Source: Asterionella formosa
Lineage: Eukaryota
Length of the DNA: 34,279 nt
Reading direction: 5' to 3'
Assembly (NCBI GenBank): GCA_002256025.1
Contig: NKIB01000255.1
Span: 1-34,279, forward strand
Of this stretch, positions 1-10,791 are shown in pieces. Every line of letters starts with the position of its first letter. Position 1 is the first letter of the stretch. The notes under the pieces were generated by a model. The model did no database searches and was not told where the DNA came from. It saw nothing but the letters and a program-made list of their open reading frames with translations. Made by a program: the position numbers and the translations under genes.

Positions 1-417
1 TTTACTAGGCCAAATAAACGAGTTAGCCCGGTAAAATCCACTATTTTCAGCATAGTTAAAAAACCGAAGTTCCTTTCTGCAGTTTCTCGCCAGATCCTAT
101 ATCCTGACGATATATAGCGTTGACCTATACCCCTACTTTGATAAATGACTGTATTTAAGCATGTGGAAAGGGTGTGTATTGGTGAAAGCTCCGTTTAGCG
201 ATATACATTTACGTTTTACTCGTAAGAAGTCTATGTTTGACTACTCTGACTTAATATTATTTTTTTAACCCTACCTCGAGCTAGGGGTTCAAACGCAGGA
301 ACCTTAATGTACTCGTACAGTGTGATACCTAATATGTACTCGTACAGTGTATGTCATTCCTACGATGATCGTTCGTACAGTTATGGTTTAATTAAACCAA
401 AAATTAAACCCGCAGTG
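1..417. mobile_element. Possible right end of a CACTA/EnSpm-like DNA transposon (terminus reads CACTGCGGG on the minus strand)
   Basis: Region ends ...AAATTAAACCCGCAGTG at 417. Subterminal direct repeats ATGTACTCGTACAGTGT lie at 307-323 and 334-350, with a palindrome TGGTTTAATTAAACCA nearby. The other end is not in the window and no ORF is present. Confidence 0.25.
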
Positions 418-2707
418 TAACTGGTTTTAATTTTTCAATATCTACATACTGTTGTAACACGCACTGTCCGTCCACTTGTATCTTCAGATCAATACCGTGC
501 CAGAATTAAAATGACCAACAAGTAGACACATAGCAGAGGCCTACAGGAAAATACAACTTGGGTTTAATTATACCAATTACCGTGGTGGATTCGAAAGGAT
601 AATGACCTCGTACCCCCAATTATTTACCTATACTATACACTATTAAGCAATTAATTCTAGCAGAACTACCGGTACCGGCATACTGATACTGGGGTTGTGA
701 CGTATGTATGTACGATATCCTATGCATATATACAGGTATGTGTACACAATGGTTGATCAGACATGCATATGAAACACAGTACGGTACAGGTATTTAATTG
801 AATACACTAGTTACGACACATACGTATTCATATTGAAGTACATGGTTGAAGACGTACGCATGTAAACCTACATCAAGTGGTTATCTACATACGATGGTAC
901 ATACATAAATCCATTGGAGAATATTTATAAACAAGGAACGGCTATAATAGTCACACATTAGTAGAATAAAGCATTTGGTTATCGTTTTTCTCTGTGCCCG
1001 GCAAGATTTGGATTTGTCGTGATTCAATCAGTTGCAGTTTATATCGTGATCGGTTTATCCTTTACTACCGGTACCAGGGTACCGGTATTCTTTCGGAAGC
1101 ACACTACCTATTATTCTTGTGCATATACCGGTACACGTATAGAAAAGGCGATGCCAGCTCAATAGAGCAAACGTTAAAATATCCATGTTTCGCAATTTCG
1201 CGTCGACAGCAACCTTTGGTCCGTAATAAGTACGTAAGTATTTACTCGCTATATAAATCTGAATAATTCCTTCGTGACTATAACGAATTAACTTCGACAC
1301 GACTATAATTAACATATCTTGCAAACTAAGTTCAAACCGTGCGTTTACTCCGTTTAGCGGTTACAGTTCAAAAGTCGTCACAGGGGTGGCTTACAGTTTT
1401 TATTAACTGGTACCTGGTACCCAGTACCAGGTACCCTGGTAGTTACTTGGAGGACATGATTGGGAATCTGTCCATCTGTTCCATCATAGCTGCACCTTAG
1501 TATATACGTCGTCATCGTTGGTGAGAACAAATTCGATGACGAGGTTACCAGTATGCTACCAGGTACCTGTTACCTAGTACCAGGTACTTCAACACATAGT
1601 ATATAAACGTACAATGCTGAGTGTGTTGTGTAAATACATACGGGTAATATGTAGAAAGCAAATCAAGAATTAGTGTTGTCAATGCCACATCAATTGTCGC
1701 AGGTACATAGTCTACCTGTATGTAGAACCGACGACGCGTTTCCATCTGTTCACACTTAATTAACACCACATACAGATCACTTATAAATCATTTCAAGCAT
1801 TGTATGGGACACCAATCAAAAACGAATTGACAACAACCATCGTTGCCTAAAATTGCTTGCATCAAACTGTCGGTACTGTATTCAGCTACAGAAAGGCGTA
1901 AGGTGAACTACTCTGAAAGGTGCATTATCGATTGCAACGAGTGGAGAAAGTCTTTGCTTGCAAATAATCACTTGGTGAGTGAGTCAGACGATGCCTGGCA
2001 ACAAGTGGTGTGGCGCCACATCGAGTGATTCGTTGTGATTTTAACGTTTTCAGTATTCGTCTCTGGTTTCACATGCTTCATTCTGCCCCTGTGGTCTTCT
2101 CATCTCGCGATGTTTCATCTGTGCTTTGTGAATGTCATCACGGGAACGGTCATGGTACGCGCCTGTTTCGCAATGATACGATTGTCAGGGATCCATACCT
2201 TTTACTGCATCCATGCTGGTGGCAAAAATCTCCACGGCGTTTTTACAAGAGCCAAAGGCTTTGCAGCTTTAGGTATTGTACGCAAAGTCAACTATCAAAG
2301 TTATTTTGCTAAACTCGTTCGTCACTTATTGGTTTGCTCGGATTCTTTTTCAATCCCACTTGCCTTCCTTTTTGAGAGCACGGACGAGAATCCAATGAAT
2401 TCGCGACTAGCCTCTCCATTTCACATTCGTTATCGGAACCATCACTCTCGCCAATGCACTCAAGGTATATACCTGCCTTTTCTCGGAGTACATAAGTTGT
2501 GACCATGGTTCAATCTTGTTACCGACTCAGTTAACTGCCACATGCATATTTGCGTAGATTTACGTACTGGACTAACTACGCGCCTCAATTTGAATTGAGG
2601 CGGGAGCCTATAATGCTCATCCACGCAACATATGGCCGGTACCGGGGCAAAAAATTGCCTTCTCATTTTCCGAATTTCGCCTTCTCACGTAATTGTTCTT
2701 TTTATTC

Positions 2708-3865
2708 ATGGATTCTCCGAAACAAAAGGAAATGGACGAACAGAATCCAACCGATCAGGACTCCATGATGGTGCTTCAGGCTCTCCTTAATATTCGAAGA
2801 GACACTATAGGATCGAGTGTGACTGTCCCTTGTAGTCCAGTGATGATGACACCTGATCGCCTTGGTGTTCCCAATCCACTGGCGGTTGGAAGCATGAGCA
2901 ATGCCGTTCCTTCGTATGAAGAAATGGCAAGGCACGGTTTCTCTCCAGATGCTTGCGACCACAATAGTAGTGCCAGCAATATTTTCGAATCAGAGCCATT
3001 TCTCGAGGACATTCGGCGATCCAAGATCAACGATGCATTGCGCTCCAAACCGCAACGTGGACGCAAGCGCGATGAGTTAAGCGCGGAGGAACGAATGGAG
3101 CTGACCAGAACTAGAAACCGTGAGCACGCTAAGAGTACCAGGTAAGCTCACCGTGTTTGATTGATGAGTCGACTGGTCGTTCGATCGACGAATGTTGATT
3201 CTGGTCCGACGAACAGTTGTTCTTCGAAAACGCCTCTGACCTCTTTGATTCCCTGCCTCTCTTCCTTTGTCTCCAGAGTTCGGAAAAAAGTAAGATACCA
3301 AGAGCTTCTTGATCAAGAGCAGCGGTTTGAAGACTTTAAGCAAGCAGAGGCGCTTCGAGCCAAGCGCATCGAATCCTTTCAGAGTTACCTCATGATTCGC
3401 CAAGGCATGCTTCGCGCACGACTGGGGGTTTCTAATGGCTCAAACGAGAAACCTCTCTCTGATGTTCTTGCTGAAGGTTTCAGTTTGGAAGGTCAAAGTA
3501 TCCATCATCTGGACACCACTCTTGTGGAACAGCTCAGATCTCACGGCAATTATTACGCCAACGTGTGTTACCTTGTCCAAGAGAATGCCATTGCTATCAA
3601 TCAAGATGGGACTGGCTTTGCAGAAGTTATTGTTTTGACCGATGATGTTCCATTTATCACTGCATTCACGAAGTTTCAGTTCCGAACGGGATGTCCGAAA
3701 CTAGCTTCCATGTGTTGGTGTCCAATCCGTACAGCTCCACGTGAATCGCTCAGTTGCCAGAAGTCTTATCCAAGTGTGGTATCTTTGGACCCAACTTTTT
3801 CTAACAGTGTCAATCACGCTGATTTTGAAGACAGCACTGGTCTTGGCATGCCTCTAAATGATTGA
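2708..3865 (+). CDS. bZIP transcription factor, 2 exons (2708-3141, 3277-3865), ~340 aa
   Basis: Splicing the GT-AG intron joins ORF 2693-3145 to ORF 3161-3865 in frame. This gives the basic region ERMELTRTRNREHAKSTR|VRKKVRYQEL (N-x7-R bZIP signature). The start could be the ATG at 2708 or 2732. Confidence 0.88.
3142..3276 (+). other. Spliceosomal intron of the bZIP gene (135 nt)
   Basis: Donor AG|GTAAGC, a pyrimidine tract CTCTCTTCCTTTGTCTC, and acceptor CAG at 3274-3276. Removal restores the bZIP basic region. Confidence 0.85.
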
Positions 3866-4204
3866 CGATACGGATGTGCTGAATTACTTCAGAGAGTGGG
3901 GTCACGGATTGACTTGAAACTCTCGGATTGTTTCGTGTTCTATGAAGGCAAGAGCGTCTACACCGTAAGTGGTGTTTGTGAATTGACCTAGTACTTATTG
4001 TTTTTATTTTCTGAGAAAAAATTGGCAGAAATAACACTCCTGGATTGTCTATGGGGACAACCAAAGTTTGCGAATTCATTTGAGATCATTAAAGGGATTT
4101 CGCATGAAAGGTAATGTTCATTTTGTACAGGGAAGTAGAGGGTATACATTTAATAGAGTTATTTCATTCTTAACCAACTACTGCGGTGTTGAGCAACAGT
4201 ACCC

Positions 4205-5164
4205 TCATGTGATCATAGTTGCTGTCATAGTAGGACAATCTAAAGCCACATGTCCCTTTTCCAGACAAAGGTGACAATGCTCGTGGTCTAAGATACACCC
4301 GTCGTCCTTTTTCTTGCAACCATCCTTATAATAATTGTGGTATCGACAGATCAGATTGTTGTCAGCTAGCGAAAAAGAACATGGAGCACCCAAAGCATGT
4401 TTAGGGAGTGTAGCCTTGGTCGAGATGGACTGCAGTTTAGTTTCGAACCATCCTTCCTCTTCCAATTTTCCAGTTTCCTTGTTAATCAGTCCTGCCTCAA
4501 GTTTGCACTCGGCCACCAATTCTCGACTCTTTACCACGACCAGTTGAGGCTGAAAGCTTTGATAAGTCCATGCAATTGCTTTCACCACCGAGTCCCAACT
4601 CCGGTTCCCTCCAATGTCGATGAAAACATGAGTCGGTTCCCCCAATTTCTCAATAATAGCATTTCTCGTTTGTATGGGAGACACTAGGCAATCCAATTTG
4701 GCTGTTCTGTCAGCAAATTCACTTCCAACAAGAGACTGACATTTCGCGATGATCTCGGACGACGTGTCAATGCCAAACCAATTCTTGGTTCGCCGGAGCA
4801 CAATTTTGGAGCATTCTCCCGTAGAACATCCAATCTCTAATACTTTGTTATCGCCGGTAAGCTGAGACCAGGCGAGGTTGCGATAAGGAATCGTTTCTGG
4901 TGTCAACAACAGGAGCGGAGCTGTTTGGGAATCAAAGACTTGCAATAGGCGTTTCCGATCGAATAGCTTTTGATTTCCTCCTTCTAGTTCCACCAAAATT
5001 CTCCCGTTTTCTGATTCACTGATGAATTTGGCTACTTCACCGTTCTCTTTGGCTGATTTCGGCCGAATAAACACATTGGAGTGAAGTCTTGGCTCCTGGG
5101 CTGGAAAGAGGCGCCACTCTGCCGAGATCGGACTGCGCTTTCTTTTTTTAAGCTCAGCTGACAT
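4205..5164 (-). CDS. Class I SAM-dependent methyltransferase-like protein with C-terminal CCCH and CCHC zinc fingers (~319 aa)
   Basis: Motif I VLEIGCSTG and motif II WFGIDTS. The C-terminus has C-x9-C-x6-C-x3-H followed by CHLCLEKGHVALDC (C-x2-C-x4-H-x4-C). The likely start is MSAELKKRKR (NLS-like) at 5164, although the ORF is open up to 5269. Confidence 0.75.
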   Translation of the reverse strand: MSAELKKRKRSPISAEWRLFPAQEPRLHSNVFIRPKSAKENGEVAKFISESENGRILVELEGGNQKLFDRKRLLQVFDSQTAPLLLLTPETIPYRNLAWSQLTGDNKVLEIGCSTGECSKIVLRRTKNWFGIDTSSEIIAKCQSLVGSEFADRTAKLDCLVSPIQTRNAIIEKLGEPTHVFIDIGGNRSWDSVVKAIAWTYQSFQPQLVVVKSRELVAECKLEAGLINKETGKLEEEGWFETKLQSISTKATLPKHALGAPCSFSLADNNLICRYHNYYKDGCKKKDDGCILDHEHCHLCLEKGHVALDCPTMTATMIT

Positions 5165-5799
5165 GATAGGACAGTAGTCGGATACAGTTAGTGGCCGAAC
5201 ATAAACAACAGATGAAGATATTGATCGCGGAGGAGACTTCGTGCGTAATCCGAATAATACTGTCACCATGGTCTACCCAGATGGTGACAGTACCAGGTTA
5301 CCAGGTACTTGTGTGCGTTGGAAGGTGATGCAGTAAAATTAAATCATAATTTCATTAGGCATACCGGTACCGGTAAATAAAAATATATACAGGTACAGGG
5401 TATCTGCCGTTGCCGTACATAATATAATTGTACATGTTGGCAGCAACCATCGTTTTTGGTATGAATTGCTCATGACTACATACGGTACCAGGTACCAGGT
5501 ACCTGGTACTGGTAGTACGACGACCTGTCTTACTAACTGTGTCTCATTGGCTGATTGCCTACATACCGGTACGCGATTCTGTGGTTGATTCAACCAGTCT
5601 AAAATTTTAAATGCCGGTAGACTACCGGTACTGCACATAACTCAATAAAGGGTACTTCGGTACACCCTTCTAAACTCCTACCACGGGTATTACCAGGTAC
5701 CAGGTTCGTTTGACTGCTATAAAAATACTAAATATTTTTACCGCCCATGAGATATGTTTGCAGCCTTCTCAAATAATCCTCCAATTTCAATCTATTCAC

Positions 5800-7611
5800 A
5801 TGAATCTCGAACTTCTCGATCCATTTCGCCGTCAGGTCCCTGATCGGATCGACTCAACGCTTCAGACGCCAAACGCCATGCATAAGGCGTTGACTCCAAA
5901 AGAAATGGAAATAGATCCGGAATGGAAAGCGGCATATCATATCTCATTCAATAGAAGGGGCACATACCTTGCTGTTGGACACGCCACTGGAAGTGTCGTT
6001 GTTCATGATTTTATGTCGAGGACCACAAGTGCTGTTTACACCACTGATTTAACAAACGATATGTATTTTCATCGTGCCATACCAGGGGACGGCAGTTCCA
6101 GTCCAGAGACGGAAACACCGCAACACACTTACCAGAACGGAGTTACCAGTGTCACTTGGTCTCGAAGATCACGGACAATATTGGCTGGCAGCGTGGGAGA
6201 TTCCGCTGTGCGATTAATTGATTGTACGCACCCTTTTGGACCTGAAATGGCCTCCATACTAGGAGCAGAGTCAAGAAGGGAAGAAGATACCATTAATCCA
6301 AAGCAGGAAAAGAAGCACAAGGACGACAAACTCGAGCAAACTACAGGAGTCGCTGAAGTTTCAAAAACTCTCTTTTTCAAATCTAATCCACAGCCATTAC
6401 ACTACCAACGAGTTCCGCGGTTTTTGTCAACAAGCACTAAAATCAATGCATCACTATCCCGTCCACCAGTATCGTCTTTGATTAGTATTGACGAACACCA
6501 GAAATACATTCGCAAAAGTAAACGAGAGGATTTGGATGCTGGCTTGAAGGTCCCCTTGAGGTTCCCAATGTTAGTCTTTCAATTACCCGATTTATTGGCA
6601 GGGTCGCTCCAGGTGCACCCTAAAGATACCACTACTGGACTTGCCATTCTTCAAGATGGATCACTTGTTGTGTTTCGAGCACCTCAGACAGCATGGGAGC
6701 TATACGAAGAAATCGATGAAGAGTCCATTGTCAGAATTGTTCCGCTTTTTAAATCCGAAGGAGGAGACAGCACCAAGTTTACATGTGCGGCGTGGTCACA
6801 TTCTGGCAAAGAGGTCTTTGCCTGTACGAAATCAGGCGACATGCTTGTGTTGGATGTTGCAGATTTCATCCTTTATTTGGGATCCACAGCGAATTGTGTA
6901 CCGAAGGTCAAGCCAATCTTCCGTTTAAGTATGGGCGCCATGGCATGGCACATACTAGTGTCTCGAAATGGTAAATACATTGTTCTAAACTGTGCTGATG
7001 CAGCACTACGAGTGTACTCCGCCGATGATGTGTGCGCATTTAAATCAGAGGAACTTAAACCAAAAATATTTCAGGACCTTGTTTCAAAGGTGCCATTTGT
7101 ATGCTGTGACTTTTCTGGTGATGCAGAATATTTGGTTGGTGGATGCAACGGGCCAAATGAAAAATATGAACTGTATTTATGGAACACCTCGACTGGGGCT
7201 CTGATGGATCGATTGACTGGAGCCCAAGTCCAACTCTATAGCGCTGCTTGGCACCCCACAAGATCATTCTTGGCTGTTGCAACTTCTGATGGATTGGTCG
7301 ATATATGGGGACCTAGAATGGACTGGACAGCATTCGCACCTGATTTTCAAGCTCTGCCCATGAATGTCGAATATGTGGAGCGAGAGGATGAGTTTGACCT
7401 AGTTGAAGAACAAGACAGGGATGCAGGGGAAAAGGAAATGGAAGAGATTGTTGATGTTGAAACTGTTGATCCAGTGCCTGTTTTTGCAAGTGATAGTGAG
7501 AGCGAGTCCGAAGCCTTCACCTTTGCCACCATAATTCACTCCGTCATGATTGCAAATCGTGGTCGCCCATTGGCTAATTCATACAAGGTCAATAATGATG
7601 AAATGGAATAA
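5800..7611 (+). CDS. RBBP5: RBBP5/Swd1-like WD40 subunit of the COMPASS/Set1 H3K4 methyltransferase complex (~603 aa)
   Basis: N-terminus MNLELLDPF, WD40 blades (FNRRGTYLAVG, VTSVTWSRRS, CCDFSGDAEYL, AWHPTRSFLA) and the RBBP5 hallmark WTAFAPDFQALPMNVEYVEREDEFD...IVDV. Confidence 0.92.
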   Translation: MNLELLDPFRRQVPDRIDSTLQTPNAMHKALTPKEMEIDPEWKAAYHISFNRRGTYLAVGHATGSVVVHDFMSRTTSAVYTTDLTNDMYFHRAIPGDGSSSPETETPQHTYQNGVTSVTWSRRSRTILAGSVGDSAVRLIDCTHPFGPEMASILGAESRREEDTINPKQEKKHKDDKLEQTTGVAEVSKTLFFKSNPQPLHYQRVPRFLSTSTKINASLSRPPVSSLISIDEHQKYIRKSKREDLDAGLKVPLRFPMLVFQLPDLLAGSLQVHPKDTTTGLAILQDGSLVVFRAPQTAWELYEEIDEESIVRIVPLFKSEGGDSTKFTCAAWSHSGKEVFACTKSGDMLVLDVADFILYLGSTANCVPKVKPIFRLSMGAMAWHILVSRNGKYIVLNCADAALRVYSADDVCAFKSEELKPKIFQDLVSKVPFVCCDFSGDAEYLVGGCNGPNEKYELYLWNTSTGALMDRLTGAQVQLYSAAWHPTRSFLAVATSDGLVDIWGPRMDWTAFAPDFQALPMNVEYVEREDEFDLVEEQDRDAGEKEMEEIVDVETVDPVPVFASDSESESEAFTFATIIHSVMIANRGRPLANSYKVNNDEME

Positions 7612-8598
7612 GGGTGGATATTAGCATATCAAATTTTGTATCTTTTTGATTCTTTGTTCTGGGTGGCATGTTATGGAAATATACACATTAATCTATCTCG
7701 AACGATGTGTATATGATGGTAGGTTAGTGGATTCAACATTAGGATACAAAATATATATCCATTGTATCTATTTTTATACAGAAACCACCATTTAATTCCC
7801 GCAAATGGACACAATATCAATTTTGCGTGGCGAGTCTTCTGTGAGCATGGCCAGCAAATATTCTTCAGTCCACTGAAGTCTTCTGCGTAAGCTGCCTCCG
7901 CTACATTATACCAATAGAATTATATACGGTAAACAGTCGACTAGTAGTTCTAGTTGCTGGATAGTAGCTATTGGACTAGTACCGGTACTGCATTTGAATG
8001 ATAAAATTATTTAGTGAGTAAAACTGATGGATAGATTTTACGGAGTACCTGGAACTACTAAATGTAACAATATCCTCGTCAGGTGGGCAAGAGTTCAAAT
8101 GTTGGTTGTTGTGTTTTGGTAGGAATTTTTTCTACCTGTGGTTGACTCAGATGATAGCAGGAGGAGTGTACATGATTGAATTGTTGATGCACATGTGTTT
8201 CTGCAGGTGGGTTGGTGTGGTTAATGCTACTAAATGGAATAATGTTACTGGAATGCACAATGTGCTGTTGTCATTCCATGGTAGTTGATTTCGAAGATGT
8301 CATTGCTGTTGCTTGCAGCCCTTTTTTATGGTGGAATTTGAGTGATGGTTTGGGAGACATTTCCATTGCGGCTCTTGTTGGTTGTTGGATGAAGTGGGTG
8401 GTGATGTCAACCTGTTGATTGGCGATTTCGTGTCATTTTCCAATAGCTGCATCAAATTACAGACAACTCTTCGATTTCTTTCTGTAAAATAGTTGCACTC
8501 ATGGCATAATGTTAACATACTTCGAGGTCAACAGCTCTTTGGAAAAGCGGAGCAAAACATCCCAGTTAGCAGTAGAGTATTTGTCGCTTGAATCAGGC

Positions 8599-8694
8599 TC
8601 ATCATGGTGACAATCCTTTGTATATACCGGTATATATGTAGCATCATCGTGATGACAATCCTTTGTATATATATATGTAACATCATCGTCATGA
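8599..8694 (+). repeat. Two-copy tandem duplication (~40-45 bp unit)
   Basis: CATCRTGRTGACAATCCTTTG(TA)n-TGTARCAT occurs twice. Copy 1 carries an extra CCGGTA inside its TA run. Confidence 0.85.
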
Positions 8695-8797
8695 AACTAC
8701 CGGTACTTCTACATGTTGTGTCTACGTCAAAGCATACCGATCTAAAAGTCCGAAAAAAAAATTGTTACTTCGCGATTTTCAACTTCTTCATCTCTCA

Positions 8798-8884
8798 GCC
8801 AATCCTGGTCACATATCAGACTTAAATTAAGCTCGCCATGTATATCTACTTAAGCTTTAAATTTGAAATGTGACCAGGATCGGC
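8798..8884. repeat. Imperfect inverted repeat (29-bp arms, 29-bp spacer)
   Basis: GCCAATCCTGGTCACATATCAGACTTAAA (8798-8826) matches the reverse complement of 8856-8884 (GCCGATCCTGGTCACATTTCAAATTTAAA) at 25/29 positions. Confidence 0.75.
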
Positions 8885-9473
8885 AGGGAAATAAGAAAGA
8901 ACATCGATTTCCGATGAACCCCTCATTAATCTAGCTTTAAACAATGAAAAGAACTTAGAATTCTTTTTACTGAAAAATCAATTGCCCTTTTAGTCGCATC
9001 CAGTTTAAAACACAATATGTTGCATTGCTGTGATACAGTCGTTAATCATATTACGGTACGTAAAACTATAGTATATACCGGTACTCCGTGATGATGATGT
9101 AGATGTACCCTGTGGTAGACCAGGTACATGGTACCGTGCCGGTATTTTAGTACCCGGGACGGAGTACCGGTTTACAGTCCATATGTAGGAGCAGACAACA
9201 TACTGGTCCCGGTAAGTTTATTATTGCTTGTCCATCTACCAGTGTGTAGCGGTCGTCCCGGTAGGCATTTTCGTCATGGCTGAACACCAACCATCAGCCA
9301 TAACGCACACCGTGCGTTTTAGTTAGAAATACGATTGGCTACGGTACCGGTAAATTAATAAAGATGTTTGACACGGACATCTATATGTAGGGACGCACAG
9401 TCGATCCCTTTCGTCGATCATCTTGATCGTGATTTGGTTTTGGTTTTCGAATTCCTCAGTTACGTCAACAGGC

Positions 9474-10217
9474 ATGCCATCGTTGCAACGGTCAATTGAA
9501 CAGCCAATCGATCTCGTCCTTATAGGCTCTATTCCTTCCTGTTCGTCTGCAGAGATGGACACAAGAGTACAAAAGGCCCATGCAGCGACTCGGCGAGGCA
9601 TAATTTTCAACGAAGACGTTTATGTTCAAGAGACCCACCACATTAATGATTTTAGTGATGACGAAGTCTTTCACTACTGGTTTGACAAGCGAGACTATCA
9701 ACAAATGAAGATAGACTTTGCACCAACAGTTAGACTTCTTTCAATTCGACAGCTTCCGGTTGACTCCGACGAACATTGCGGTCGCGGCCTTGAATATCGC
9801 ACTCGCGAAGGTGCCCAGCGGAGAAAATTAAATAAGTTGACTGCCTTGTGTGCAGTTCTAGACGAGCAGGAACGACAGCGTCTCGAAGGCGAATTGAGCG
9901 ACCACAAACTTTCTAAAGTCTACATCCGTGCCAGTGCAAGCTGTCGGCAAATGTCGCATCTTATGGCACTACAGGATGAAGAGGATGTACATGGTGTTTT
10001 GTTGATCGAAGCCGGTGGTGACGATTCCGATGAAGGTCGACTTAGTGATCACATACGATCAAGAAATGCGGGCACTGCCAGCAGGCCGGAAAGCCATGAA
10101 GAAATTCCAAGATACACTCGCAGCACGAGCCACGACAGCCCAAAGTCTAACCGTATCCGAGGTTTCTTCAACAGGCATAAAGATAAGCCCGAGCTGACTG
10201 GCGCCACCTCGCCGTAA
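9474..10217 (+). CDS. Uncharacterised diatom-type protein (RVxF-like / CxRGLE family), paralogue A, ~247 aa
   Basis: Intact ORF from ATG 9474. The core RRGIIFNEDVYVQETHHINDFSDDE...W...CGRGLEYRTREGA...VLDEQERQ aligns by eye with the ORF at 17125. Confidence 0.85.
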   Translation: MPSLQRSIEQPIDLVLIGSIPSCSSAEMDTRVQKAHAATRRGIIFNEDVYVQETHHINDFSDDEVFHYWFDKRDYQQMKIDFAPTVRLLSIRQLPVDSDEHCGRGLEYRTREGAQRRKLNKLTALCAVLDEQERQRLEGELSDHKLSKVYIRASASCRQMSHLMALQDEEDVHGVLLIEAGGDDSDEGRLSDHIRSRNAGTASRPESHEEIPRYTRSTSHDSPKSNRIRGFFNRHKDKPELTGATSP

Positions 10218-10751
10218 CGGTTACAACAGGATAACTCCAATTCCCAAATCTAAAACTCACTATCGCGATGCAGGGGTGATCTAGCTCACAATTCCCGGAA
10301 GATATTTGATGGGAGAGATGATTCTCCAATGACTGTTGAGGATGATCAATTTAGAAATTTGATTAATATTTTTTCAAGGCATCAGCGACTTTGCAGTCAA
10401 TTCCAGAAATTGCTTTGTGAAATATGTTCCTATTTTCAAAAGGAGATTGATTCAAGTCAAGCATCGAATTAATGGAATGAGTTCTTGACCGAAGCAAATG
10501 TGTGGGTTATGCCAATTGATGTAAGCTATGCAATTCTATCATTTATTTCTTGTGTTTCAAGTGATCTGGAAAGATGGATTTATGTGTGTTGATCCAGTTC
10601 CAATAATCCAGAAGTATAATATCAGCTCTCTTAAAACACACCTCTATGCACCTGTAATATTCATTCAATTCCCAGATCATCATGAGGGAGCCATGAAGCA
10701 GATTTATCAGCCCAACAAATAATATATTAAACCATCTTTCAAACTTTTGAT

Positions 10752-10791
10752 GTCACTGCTTATAGTTTTAGGTCACTGCTTATAGTTTTAG
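10752..10791 (+). repeat. Perfect 20-bp tandem duplication
   Basis: GTCACTGCTTATAGTTTTAG x2. Confidence 0.9.

Noticed and set aside
994..2768. Short ORFs upstream of the bZIP gene (up to 155 aa)
   Set aside because: No recognisable motifs, mostly non-ATG starts, and composition driven by GTACC motifs. Likely spurious.
5270..5710. GTACCAG repeats as a CRISPR array or telomeric repeat
   Set aside because: Units are 6-7 bp, irregular, mixed in orientation and without spacers. The context is eukaryotic and no cas genes are present.
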